Origin: Planctomycetota bacterium
GTDB lineage: Bacteria > Planctomycetota > PLA2 > JAEUHO01
Reading direction: 5' to 3'
Assembly: GCA_050248855.1 (NCBI GenBank)
Contig: JBFWRP010000035.1
Coordinates: 1 to 46,115, forward strand
DNA: 46,115 nucleotides
A program made the position numbers and the translations under genes. Of this stretch, positions 8,274-17,706 are shown piece after piece. The notes under the pieces are model-generated. The model was given only the letters and a program-made list of their open reading frames with translations, was not told the DNA's origin and searched no databases. How positions within the stretch are numbered: the stretch's first letter is position 1; each line of letters begins with the position of its first letter.

Positions 8274-11200
8274 GGCGCGCGGCGAGCCTGGCCATGCTCT
8301 GCGCCCTCGCCGTCTTGGGTGTGCGTGGGCCCGCCGCCCGCGGCGAGGAGCCGGTCGGCGCCGACCTCGAGGCTGCCCGCGGCGCACTCGGGCGGCGCCT
8401 GGCCGCCCACCGCGGCGAGCTCGATGCCGAGGAGGGAGCGTACGCCGCCCAGCACCTGCGCCTGCTCGGCGCCGCGGGGCGATCCGTGACGACGGAGGCC
8501 CTTGCCGCGGCCCGGGACGCGGGCGATGTCGCGTGGATGCGCGCCCTCGTCGCCGTGCTTGCCGACGATCGCGACGCCAGCGTCGATCCGACCCTGTTGG
8601 ACCTGGTGCAGCACGATGACCCGACCGTGCAGGCCCTGGCCGCCGATGGGCTGGGTCAGCCGCGCACGCGGGAGGCCTCGATGCGCCAGCGCGTGGCCGA
8701 TGCCTTGTCGGCATGCGCGACCTCGCCGATGCCCGCCGTGCGCTGGAGTGCGCTTCGTTCGCTCATGGCGCTGGACGATGCCGAGGCCCGAACCGCGCGC
8801 ACGAGCTGGCCCGATGACCCGGACCCGCGCAGCGAGGCCACGCGGCTGCACTGGCACGCGCGAAGCGGCGACCGGCAACCGGAGACGATCTCCCGGGCCG
8901 AGCGGCTCTGGCGCGACGGCGTCACCCTCGACGTGCGCCTCGAGGCCGCGGATCTCCTCGCGGAGCACGATGCCCCCACCGCGCCGGATGTCCTGCGCCA
9001 GCTGGTCGATCGCCTCGACGCACCGCACCCGCCGGGCGCCAGCCGCTCCACCCTGCCCTGGGACGAGGAGGGCCCACGGCGCCGACGCATCGCCATCGAG
9101 GCCGCGATGTCGTGGTGGGAGCGGGTCGTGGTTCGCGCCGGCGGCCTGGAGGCCCTTGACGCCGACACGCGCGCGGCGGCACGCGCGGTCCTCGATCACG
9201 CCGTGGAGCAGATCGCGCGGCCCGTGGCCATGGACTCGCGCGACGAGCGCCCGCAGCCCGAGACCCGCCTGGCGCAGTGGCTGCCCGGCGTCGGCCCCGC
9301 CCTCGTGCCGTACGTCGTGAAGCGCCTGGAACGGGGCGCGTTCTACGAGCCCGGCACGGGCGTCCGCCTGCTGGCCGCGCTCGAGCCCGAGGTCGTCGTC
9401 CCCGTGCTGCAGGACCTGGCCCGGCTGGCGCTTGGCGATCTCCCCGCACGCGGCAGCCTGCTCAGCGCCGTGACCGGCGTGCTCGTCGACATCGGGCACA
9501 TGGCCGACGCCGACCTCGCCCGGCGGCTCCTGCTCGACGACGACGCCAAACCGTGGGCGCGCTCCGACATGCTGCGCCTGCTCGCGCGTGATCCGGCCAG
9601 CTGGGTCGCCGCACTGCTCGAGGAGGCCCTGCGCTCGGGCGACGGCGCCCTGCGCGACGACGTGCGGCGCACGCTGGCGGCGCGGCCCGAGGCCACGGCC
9701 CGCGCGCTGCGCATCGAGGCCTTCTTCAACGACCCGTACGCCTACGGGCACGACCGTCTGGCCGAGCTCGTGCGGGCGGGCGACGGGCCCGCGCTCGACG
9801 TCCTGGCCCGCGCGCTCGCCGACGAGCGGCACGGCGTACGGCGCTTGGCGCTGGAGCAGATCCGGCCCCGCGTGACGACGTTGCACACGCCCGCGGTCCT
9901 CGACTTGGTCCGGCCCGCAGGTGCCTGGGTCCGTGATCCCCTCGAAGTCCAGGCCTACGTGTACGCACTGCTCGTGCTGGCGCCCGGCGAAGCGGTGACC
10001 TGGGTCGCGACGCAGTTCGACCAGCTGGCCAGCGACGCGATCCGCTCGAACTCGCTACGCATCCTGCAGGAGGTGCGCGGTGCCGAAGCCTCGCGCGCCG
10101 CGGTGGACCTGGCCCTCGACACCTGGCTGCACGCGCCACGCCCGGAGGTCTACGACGCCGCCGTGGCCAGCGTGCTGCGCGGCCGGTGGACCTGGCGACG
10201 GCCCGAGGTGATCCGGTTCTGGCGCGGCCTGCTCGTGCCGTGGCATCCGCTGCGCAACTTCGCGCTGGGCGCCGTGGCCAGCCCCGACGCGCCGGTGCTC
10301 ACGGACCTGCTCGTGCCGTGGCTCGCGGCGCTGCGCAACAGCGAGGACGACATCACGACGCGACAGCATCTCGTGGAAGCGCTGGCCTACCAGCCGTGGG
10401 ATGAGGTCGAGGGCATCCTCGTGGAGTCCGTGTTCGATCCGCTGCTGCCCTTCTCGACGCGCGATGCCGCGGTCGCCGCGATGCAAGGGCGCCTGCGGCC
10501 GCGGGCGCGGTGGCGCATCATGCGCTGGCTCGGTTGGCCCCTCCCCGACGGCGCGGACGAGAGCGCCGTGGTCGACCAGGCCGAGGGCCGCGGTGCGATG
10601 GACGACCCGGGGCTGCACGTGGAGCTGGCCGTCGCCGTCGCACGAGGCGGCGGGCCGGAGATCGCGCGGGCGCTGCTCCAGGCCCTGGACCGCGAGCTGA
10701 CCCGGTGGATCCGCGCCCAGCCCTCGCCGTCGGCCAGCCTCGAGGTGCGCTTGGCCGACCAGCGCGCGCAGAGCGAAGCCGAGGAACGCTTGCGCGCGCT
10801 CGCGCGGGGGATCGCGGCCTCGGGCGACGACGCCGTCGTGCGCGAGCTGTTGTCACGCGCCTTCGACGGGCGGCTCGGCCGCATCGCGAGCCGCCGCCTG
10901 GGCGACTTGCGCCGCATCGGTGCGGAGGGCCGCGGCCTGCCGCGCCTCTCGCGCCCCGGCAAGCTCGTCGAGGATCGCGGCGCCTACGACTTGCGTCTCG
11001 AGGCGGGCCTGCCCGCGCCCGCGGGACACATCCTGGGTCAGGCGAAGGCGCTGGACGACGACACGCTGTCCGCGTGCCTGGCCGGGGTGATCCAGGACGC
11101 GCGTCGAAACGGCGGGCTCGCGCAATGCCCCGATGCCTACCTCACGATGGCCATCTGCAACCTGCTCGACGCGCCCACGCATCGCCGGCCCAAGTCCGCG

Positions 11201-11935
11201 GCGCTGCTGCTCGAGCCCCTGTCGCGGATCGCACCGGGCGCGGGCGGCGTACGGCGCGTCGCCACGGACGCCTGGATGGGTTGGTGCATCCTCGAGCAGG
11301 ACTACGCCCAGGCCGCCGCCGTCGAGCGCGCCACGGTGCACGATCTCCTGCACCGCCAGATCGAGGATGACGAGGGCGATGCCGTGACGTGGCGGCGCTT
11401 CCATGCGTTGGCGCTCGAAGGTGCCGCGCAAGCCGCCCGGGGCGACGTCGCGGCGGCGGAGGCGACGTGGGCCGCGGCGCTTGCCGTGGAGCCCGACCGC
11501 CCGCTGCACTTGAACACGATCGCCTGGTACCGCCGCGAGACCAAGACCGACCTGGCGCGGGCCGAACGGGACGTGCGCCGTGCGCTCGAGCTGGAGGCGC
11601 GCGCCGACGTCGTGTCGTCGCTCGCGTCCGCCGACACGCTCGCCATGATCCTCCTGGACACGGGACGCGCGCAGGAAGCTGCGCGTCGACTTGCAGCGCG
11701 ACTGCATCGCGCCGAAGCCGACCGCACGGGCATCTACCACCTGCACATGGCGGAGATCGAAGCGGCGCTCGGCAGCTGGGGCGCCTGCCACGACGACTTG
11801 GTCGACGCCTTGCGTCGCGATCCGGCGTCCGAGGCGGCATGGCGCAAGCTGCCCTGGCACGCCGCGCAGCCCGAGGGCCTGGCGCTCTTCGACTCGGCCG
11901 CGCGCGAGGCGCGGCGCAATCCGCTGGATCGGTAG
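8270..11935 (+). CDS. Large exported alpha-solenoid protein (HEAT-like repeats, C-terminal TPR-like)
   Basis: Signal peptide; DPTVQALAADGLG, AVRWSALRSL and GVRRLALEQI repeats; LNTIAW...DTLA TPR pattern. Confidence 0.8.
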   Translation: MRRAASLAMLCALAVLGVRGPAARGEEPVGADLEAARGALGRRLAAHRGELDAEEGAYAAQHLRLLGAAGRSVTTEALAAARDAGDVAWMRALVAVLADDRDASVDPTLLDLVQHDDPTVQALAADGLGQPRTREASMRQRVADALSACATSPMPAVRWSALRSLMALDDAEARTARTSWPDDPDPRSEATRLHWHARSGDRQPETISRAERLWRDGVTLDVRLEAADLLAEHDAPTAPDVLRQLVDRLDAPHPPGASRSTLPWDEEGPRRRRIAIEAAMSWWERVVVRAGGLEALDADTRAAARAVLDHAVEQIARPVAMDSRDERPQPETRLAQWLPGVGPALVPYVVKRLERGAFYEPGTGVRLLAALEPEVVVPVLQDLARLALGDLPARGSLLSAVTGVLVDIGHMADADLARRLLLDDDAKPWARSDMLRLLARDPASWVAALLEEALRSGDGALRDDVRRTLAARPEATARALRIEAFFNDPYAYGHDRLAELVRAGDGPALDVLARALADERHGVRRLALEQIRPRVTTLHTPAVLDLVRPAGAWVRDPLEVQAYVYALLVLAPGEAVTWVATQFDQLASDAIRSNSLRILQEVRGAEASRAAVDLALDTWLHAPRPEVYDAAVASVLRGRWTWRRPEVIRFWRGLLVPWHPLRNFALGAVASPDAPVLTDLLVPWLAALRNSEDDITTRQHLVEALAYQPWDEVEGILVESVFDPLLPFSTRDAAVAAMQGRLRPRARWRIMRWLGWPLPDGADESAVVDQAEGRGAMDDPGLHVELAVAVARGGGPEIARALLQALDRELTRWIRAQPSPSASLEVRLADQRAQSEAEERLRALARGIAASGDDAVVRELLSRAFDGRLGRIASRRLGDLRRIGAEGRGLPRLSRPGKLVEDRGAYDLRLEAGLPAPAGHILGQAKALDDDTLSACLAGVIQDARRNGGLAQCPDAYLTMAICNLLDAPTHRRPKSAALLLEPLSRIAPGAGGVRRVATDAWMGWCILEQDYAQAAAVERATVHDLLHRQIEDDEGDAVTWRRFHALALEGAAQAARGDVAAAEATWAAALAVEPDRPLHLNTIAWYRRETKTDLARAERDVRRALELEARADVVSSLASADTLAMILLDTGRAQEAARRLAARLHRAEADRTGIYHLHMAEIEAALGSWGACHDDLVDALRRDPASEAAWRKLPWHAAQPEGLALFDSAAREARRNPLDR

Positions 11936-11945
11936 TCGCGCAAGG

Positions 11946-12307
11946 CGCGCGGAGGTGTCTGCGGGAAGGTGGCGGGGAATTCTTCCGCAACTTGCCGATG
12001 GGCGCTTCCGCGTGCCGAAGGGCAGGGCGGCAAGTTGCGGAAGAAGTCCCCGCCTCCGTACGGTCTTTGCCGCCGGCATGACGAACGGATCCCGAAGCGC
12101 AACGCTGGCCGCCGAACCGCGACCCCCGTGAGAGGTGCAGGAGGGGTACGGAACTAGCCCTCCTGCCGCGAGGGCGCTAGCCCGAGCGCCGAGTCCGCGC
12201 GTGAGCGCGGAGCGAGCGTCAAGTGACGTACCGCGACCCCTGCGTGTCAGGCACCTTGCCCACGTTGCCGCTGCGCGGCGCCGCGGCAAGGGTCCTGACA
12301 CATCCGG
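11946..12307. repeat. Composite palindromic REP/MITE-like element between convergent genes
   Basis: 27-bp inverted repeat with 1 mismatch (11971-11997 / 12028-12054); GTGTCAGGCACCTTGCC...GGCAAGGGTCCTGACAC doublet at 12244-12301; termini shared with 19594-19698. Confidence 0.7.
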
Positions 12308-12312
12308 GTTCG

Positions 12313-12747
12313 CTACTCCACGCGCACGGGGTCGCCGACGCGGACGGTGCCCGGGACGACGACGGTCGCCCAGATGCCGGCGCGCTGTACGAGCGCGGCC
12401 TTGGCGCCCGGGCCGACCGAGCGCTCCATGAACCCGCAGGGAGCGCAGTCGTCGCGAACCTCGATCACGACGGCGCCAAGGTGCAGACGCCGACCCGCCT
12501 CGCGCGGCAGGGCAGGGAGCGAGACGGTGACGTTGCGGTAGGTCGAGCCGCAGGCGACGGGCGCGCCCAACGCGGCTGACGCCGCATCGAGCTCGCCCTG
12601 CGCCACGACGGTCACCGGGCGATCCCCGCCGAGGTGGTGATCGCCAACCAAGCCGGCCTCGGTGACCTCGACGGCCTCCAACGCCCGCTGCGGTCCGCCG
12701 CGTAGCGGTACGACGTGCAGCGCCGTGACAGCGGCTTCGACGCCCAC
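12313..12747 (-). CDS. MOSC domain protein
   Basis: GLVGD, RPVTV, RNVTV, CAPCGFM and GTVRVGD motifs. Confidence 0.88.
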   Translation of the reverse strand: MGVEAAVTALHVVPLRGGPQRALEAVEVTEAGLVGDHHLGGDRPVTVVAQGELDAASAALGAPVACGSTYRNVTVSLPALPREAGRRLHLGAVVIEVRDDCAPCGFMERSVGPGAKAALVQRAGIWATVVVPGTVRVGDPVRVE

Positions 12748-12750
12748 GGT

Positions 12751-13821
12751 CTAGTTACCGCCCTCTTCCCGGGGGTCGTCGAGCGGCTCGCCGGCCAGCC
12801 AGGCCACTGCGTGCGTCATCCAGGCGATCAGGTGCGCTTGGCTCTTGCGGTCCATCTGCGCAGGTCGACCGAAGTCGAAGAAGGCCTGCCACAGCACGCG
12901 TTGGCCCCCACTGCTGGCCACCAGCATGGGCACCTTGGCCCCGCGCCCGTCCGTGCCCTGCAGCAGCACCTCGGCACCCGCGGCTACACCCTCCACCGGG
13001 TACGCGAACTCGACCCGCCATGCATGTTCACCGAGCACGAGCTGCTGCCACCACGAGCGGCTCCAGCGGGGCCAGGCGACCAGTCGCGAGGCCAGGTGCC
13101 GCGCACCGCTGTCGGTGACTTCGGGTGACAGGCCTTGCGGGAACACGCCCGGCAACGGCTGGCCTTGGAACGGCACCGCCTCGCCGATGGGCAGCAGGTC
13201 ACCCACGATCGGATGCGCCACGAGCGGATGCACCGTGGCCGCGTCGGCGCCCTGCATGCCCGGCGGTCCCATCCGCACCCAGAGGCCCGTCGTGCCGTCG
13301 CGCACGCGATCGGCCAGGCGCGGCCAGAACGAGTCGGGAAGCGCGTCCGGGTCGATGCGGTCCAACAACACCGCGTCGATGTCGTTGGCGTCGAGCCAGT
13401 CGCCGGGGGGCGGTCCGGCGAGCTTGTCCACGCCACGTGCCTCGCCCGCCCCCGGGCCTTCGGCGCCCGCCATGTTGGCGTGGCGCTCCGTGTACCAGAC
13501 GGCGTAGCGCAGCACCGGCACGTCGCCGGCTGCCATGAGCACCGTCTGGTTCCACGGCTCGGGGTTGGGGGCGACGACCAGGACCGTGCGCGGCTTCGTG
13601 AGTCGGCGCGGCTTGATGTCGGGACGGTCCTTGGGGCCGGCGCCGGCGAGCGCGCCCGTCCCGGTCCGGTCCGTCGGGTTGGCGCCGCTGCCGTCCCCGG
13701 CCCCCGCCGGACCCACGCCCGGCTCGAGCTCACCCGGCTCCTTCGCGTCGAACGCGCCCGTGGCGAAGAGCACGCCTCCGGCGGCCAACGCCACCAAGAC
13801 GATCAAGGCAAATGCACGCAT
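12751..13821 (-). CDS. Membrane-anchored/exported protein with class I GATase-like domain
   Basis: N-terminal hydrophobic segment; DAVLLDRIDP...LADRVRDGTTGLWVRMG pattern. Confidence 0.65.
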   Translation of the reverse strand: MRAFALIVLVALAAGGVLFATGAFDAKEPGELEPGVGPAGAGDGSGANPTDRTGTGALAGAGPKDRPDIKPRRLTKPRTVLVVAPNPEPWNQTVLMAAGDVPVLRYAVWYTERHANMAGAEGPGAGEARGVDKLAGPPPGDWLDANDIDAVLLDRIDPDALPDSFWPRLADRVRDGTTGLWVRMGPPGMQGADAATVHPLVAHPIVGDLLPIGEAVPFQGQPLPGVFPQGLSPEVTDSGARHLASRLVAWPRWSRSWWQQLVLGEHAWRVEFAYPVEGVAAGAEVLLQGTDGRGAKVPMLVASSGGQRVLWQAFFDFGRPAQMDRKSQAHLIAWMTHAVAWLAGEPLDDPREEGGN

Positions 13822-13929
13822 GGCACCAGACTCCGCGAAGACGCCCCAGGCCGGCATTCTGCCTACGGGCAGGGCGCGGCGCGGATGGAACCCCACCCGG
13901 CGACCCTCGAGCCAGCCCGCCCCCTTGGT

Positions 13930-14925
13930 CTACGAGCGCTTGTACCACTCCACCGGTTTGCCTTGGTGCTCGGCCGTCCGGCCCAGCAGGGCGGCGGCCG
14001 CCTCGGCGTCCAGGGGCTTGGCTTCGCGGGCGATACGGGCGGCGAGCGCGACCTCTTCGACCGTCGAACAGCCCACGATCGTCGTGGAAACGTCCAAGCC
14101 GTAGGCGTAGCGCAGGCAGTCCTCGGCTCCGATGCCGCGGCGCACCAGCTCGCCGCTGGCGAACACCTTCATGCCGACGCGAGCCAGTCCCTTCTCCACG
14201 GCCACCGGCAGGGTGTCCTTGACGAACGAGAGGCGGTGCGGGTCCACGCAGTTGAGCGGTATCAAGATGCTCTCGAACGGGTGACGCTTGATGGCGGCCG
14301 CCATGACCTGCGGGTCGGCATGGCCCGTGACGCCGATGTGCTTGACGAGTCCCTCGTCCTTGGCCGCACGCAGGGCCACGAGCGGGCCGACCTTGGGATC
14401 CAGCGCGCGATCCAGGTCCGCGGCATCCTTGATCGCGTGGACCTGGATCAGGTCGAGGCACGGGACGCCCAAGCGCTGGAGCGTGCCCTCGAGATCCCGG
14501 CGCGCGCCGTCGGCCGTCCGCTCCGTGGTCTTGCTCGCGAGCGTCAGCGTGTCGCGGCGGCCCCAAGCCTTGAGCGCCTGCCCGACGCGCTGCTCGCTGG
14601 CCCCGCGGCGGTAGGACGGCGCCGTGTCGAGGTAGGTGCAGCCTGCTTCGAGCGCGGCGAGGACCACGTCGACGGCATCGCGTTCGCTGCTCAGCGACCC
14701 GAGCGGGAAACACCCGAGGCCAAACGCGCTGACCGTGCGACCCGTCTGGCCGAAGGGACGCATGGGCATCGGGGCCGGCGCCGCGGCGTCGCCATCGGCC
14801 AGGGCCTGCGTACCGAGACCGGCCAGCAGCGCCGTGGAGGCGAACCCGCGCAGGAACGTGCGACGCGAAGGCGCCTCGGACACCGGGCCTTGGAACGCGG
14901 ACGGGCCCGCGGGGGGTCGTTCCAT
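13930..14925 (-). CDS. Tat-signal aldo/keto reductase
   Basis: GGAGG RBS; SRRTFLRG twin-arginine motif; LDTAPSY, ASK, DLIQVH and IGVTGH motifs. Confidence 0.92.
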   Translation of the reverse strand: MERPPAGPSAFQGPVSEAPSRRTFLRGFASTALLAGLGTQALADGDAAAPAPMPMRPFGQTGRTVSAFGLGCFPLGSLSSERDAVDVVLAALEAGCTYLDTAPSYRRGASEQRVGQALKAWGRRDTLTLASKTTERTADGARRDLEGTLQRLGVPCLDLIQVHAIKDAADLDRALDPKVGPLVALRAAKDEGLVKHIGVTGHADPQVMAAAIKRHPFESILIPLNCVDPHRLSFVKDTLPVAVEKGLARVGMKVFASGELVRRGIGAEDCLRYAYGLDVSTTIVGCSTVEEVALAARIAREAKPLDAEAAAALLGRTAEHQGKPVEWYKRS

Positions 14926-15005
14926 CGGGTCCTCCAGCCGGAAGGCCCCGAGCCTACGACATTCCGTGCCCCGTCGGTGGGAGCAGGGAACGAGGCGGCG
15001 GCGAG

Positions 15006-15131
15006 CTACGGGTACGTGCCGCGGAGCCGACGGCGACGGTTCACGATCTTGCGACCGGACTTCGTGGCCATCCGGGCCCGGAAGCCGAGGTGGCGGCGCT
15101 TCTTGGTGCTGCGTCGGATGCGGAGTTGCAT
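15006..15131 (-). CDS. rpmH: 50S ribosomal protein L34 (not in ORF track)
   Basis: MQLRIRRSTKKRRHLGFRARMATKSGRKIVNRRRRLRGTYP contains the GFRARMAT..GR signature; GAGG RBS. Confidence 0.93.
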   Translation of the reverse strand: MQLRIRRSTKKRRHLGFRARMATKSGRKIVNRRRRLRGTYP

Positions 15132-15228
15132 CGGTCGTTCCTCGTGGCTTGGGCGCGAAGGGGGCCCATGGTGGGGGCGGGCGTCGCTCCGTCAAGCCCA
15201 CGCCGCGGCGCGCCGTATCCTCCCGCGC

Positions 15229-15753
15229 ATGTCCGATGCCCGCTGCCCGGGCTGCTCCACGCCCTACTTGCCTCGGGACGTCGCCGCCTACGGGGTCCTG
15301 CGCCCCCGCCACGCCTCGCGCGGGGGCCCGCTGGTGGAGTACCGCTGCCCGCACTGCGGACGGATCGTGAACCTCATCCCCCATGGCCGGGGCCGGTTCG
15401 CCCGGCCTGGCGAGCCGCCGGGTCCCCCACCCGCCGAGACCGAGCTGGAAGCACCCTGGCTGGACCGTGAGGCGGAGGCCCCCGTCCGCGAAACCGTGCA
15501 GGAACCCCCCGGCGCCGGCCGGCCGGGGCCTCGTCCAGAGCCCGCCCCGCTCGACCTCCACGAAGCCTTCCGGCTCCTGGGGCTGCGGCCGCAGGCCACG
15601 CGGGCGGATGCCGAGCGGGCCTTCCGCGAGCGCTCGCTCGCCTGCCACCCGGACAAGGTCGCGCACCTCGACGAGGACTTCCAGCGCCTCGCCGAAACCA
15701 AGTTCCTCGCGCTGTCCGAGGCCCTGGACCTCGTGCTCGCAAGCCTGGCGTGA
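15229..15753 (+). CDS. J-domain protein with N-terminal zinc ribbon
   Basis: CPGC...CPHC, a Pro-rich linker, then AFRLLGL...CHPDKV J-domain. Confidence 0.85.
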   Translation: MSDARCPGCSTPYLPRDVAAYGVLRPRHASRGGPLVEYRCPHCGRIVNLIPHGRGRFARPGEPPGPPPAETELEAPWLDREAEAPVRETVQEPPGAGRPGPRPEPAPLDLHEAFRLLGLRPQATRADAERAFRERSLACHPDKVAHLDEDFQRLAETKFLALSEALDLVLASLA

Positions 15754-15808
15754 AGGACGGTCCGTACGCTGCTACCCGCCCCCCTGGGCGCGAGGAGGAT
15801 GAGGCCCC

Positions 15809-16660
15809 ATGAAGGTCTTCGACCAACCGCCGCGCGGGGCCTCGCCCCTGCTGTTCGTCGCCGGCGTGGTGCTCCTGGGCAGCCTGTTCCTGCTGGCCAA
15901 CACCTACGGCAACGCGCCGTTTGACGGTTGGCCCTGGGAGGCGTTCCGACCGGACGGGCCGCCCCTGCGATGGGGCGTGGCCGCGCTCTGGGCGCTCACC
16001 GGCCTCGTGGCGCTCGTCACGTCCCTGCTGCCGTCGTTCGGAGCGCGCGCGTCGATCCTCGCCGTGCTCGGCGCCGGGTTCGTCGCGGCGCTGGCGCTGG
16101 TGCCCTCGAGCCCCTTCGCCGTGGCAGCACATGTCGGCCAGCTGCTGGCCCTTGCCGTGCTCGCCGCGGGTCTCCTGCGCTCCGGCGAGGCGGACAGCGG
16201 CGGGCCGGCACGTGCGGCGGCCGCATGCGGCGCCGTCTTGTTCCTGCTGCACGTTGCGCTCTTCGCCTCGACCACGGAGCTTGGGCCTGTTGCCGGGCTC
16301 GATCGCGTGCGCTCCGACCTGATGCACCTCGCTGACGAGGGCGTCGGTCTCGAAGACGCGTTGCGCGTGGGCGCATCGGGGACGGTTCCCATCGCCGTCT
16401 CGGCGCTGCTGCTTGCAGCGTTCCTGGGCCTGCTCGCGGGCCTCGGCCTGCGCGCCAAGTGGCTGGGCCGCATCGGCTGGCTGTTGGCGGTCCTCGGCCT
16501 TCTCTGGCCCGCGATCTCCGAACCGCTGGTCGAGGCCCGGCTCGATGGCGCCACGCTCGAGGCCGCGGGTCGCCGCATGCTCGTCGCACACGGCGGCGCC
16601 CTCTTCCTGCTGGCCAGCGCGCTCGTGGCCGACCTGCTTCCGCGACGGAGGGCCGCATGA
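15809..16660 (+). CDS. Polytopic membrane protein, unknown function
   Basis: GAGG RBS, about 8 hydrophobic segments, high GC3. Confidence 0.8.
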   Translation: MKVFDQPPRGASPLLFVAGVVLLGSLFLLANTYGNAPFDGWPWEAFRPDGPPLRWGVAALWALTGLVALVTSLLPSFGARASILAVLGAGFVAALALVPSSPFAVAAHVGQLLALAVLAAGLLRSGEADSGGPARAAAACGAVLFLLHVALFASTTELGPVAGLDRVRSDLMHLADEGVGLEDALRVGASGTVPIAVSALLLAAFLGLLAGLGLRAKWLGRIGWLLAVLGLLWPAISEPLVEARLDGATLEAAGRRMLVAHGGALFLLASALVADLLPRRRAA

Positions 16661-17640
16661 ACGCGACATTTGCCGTCGAGCCCGATCCCCCGCCGGGCCT
16701 GCGTCGCACGCTGCCCGCGGAGGATCGACGCCTCGCCACACCGGAGCCCACGCCGCCGGACTGGGACCGGGGCCCGCTGGCCTTCCTGCGCTGCCCCCGC
16801 GCGGCGTACGTGCTGGCATTCGTGTTCGCGCTGCTCGCCCTGTGGCTGCGCTTCGACCCCACCTACGGCGCCAAGACCATCGGGGTCGGCGACGCGAGCA
16901 AAGGCCACGCCCTTGCCTGGTTCCAGGACGCGGACGGCACCTTCGTGTGGACCGGCTCGCCGGCCCAGCGCGAGGTGGCCAGCTGGCTCGTGCTGGCCGT
17001 CGGCCTGGGCCTGCTCGCGCTGCTGCGCGGGGGCCGCGCGCGCGGCGTCCTCGCCGTGTTTCTCGCCAGCCTCGGCGCCCTCTTCGTCACCAGCCCGACG
17101 GGGGGCTCGCTGCGGGGCCTCGCCCTCGCCGTGGGCGCGGCATTGGTTGCGGGCGCCCTGCGCGTCCCCCGCGCGGCACGCGGCGACGGCACCTGGCGCG
17201 TGCTGGCGGCGGGCTTCGCCGTGCTCGTCGCGGCGCTGTTCGTGGCTCCGGGCCAGGAAGAGGTCACGGTCGGCTACCAGCCCCCGGTCTTCGCCGCCGT
17301 CGAGGCCGTGGCGGCGAGCGCGGACCTCGGCGAGACCGCGAGGACCCAAGCCCCCCTCCTGCTCGGCGCGGTGATGGGCGTCCTGGCCCTGTTCGGGCTG
17401 CTCGGCATCCCCGGTCGGTGGCTGGCCGACACGGGAGCCGTGGTCTTGGTGCTGTTCGTGGCCGCGGCGATCGCCAACGCGATGATCGACGGCGTCGGCG
17501 GGAGTGCACCGCCCGAGGCCCTGACGGGTTTCGGTGCGTCCCTGCACGAGCTCGGGAGCTGGCTCCGAGCGGACCTCGCCCTCTTCGGGTTGGTGCTCGC
17601 GGCGGGCGTGGGTGAGGCGACGCGGCGCGGACACGCCTGA
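16657..17640 (+). CDS. Polytopic membrane protein, unknown function
   Basis: ATGA overlap with the previous gene, GGAGG RBS, about 8 TM segments. Confidence 0.8.
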   Translation: MNATFAVEPDPPPGLRRTLPAEDRRLATPEPTPPDWDRGPLAFLRCPRAAYVLAFVFALLALWLRFDPTYGAKTIGVGDASKGHALAWFQDADGTFVWTGSPAQREVASWLVLAVGLGLLALLRGGRARGVLAVFLASLGALFVTSPTGGSLRGLALAVGAALVAGALRVPRAARGDGTWRVLAAGFAVLVAALFVAPGQEEVTVGYQPPVFAAVEAVAASADLGETARTQAPLLLGAVMGVLALFGLLGIPGRWLADTGAVVLVLFVAAAIANAMIDGVGGSAPPEALTGFGASLHELGSWLRADLALFGLVLAAGVGEATRRGHA

Positions 17641-17706
17641 CGGTCGGCAATCCTGACGGAGACCCGAAGCCGCGCAACCCTGCTAGGTTGGACCGCGTTC
17701 GGACAG

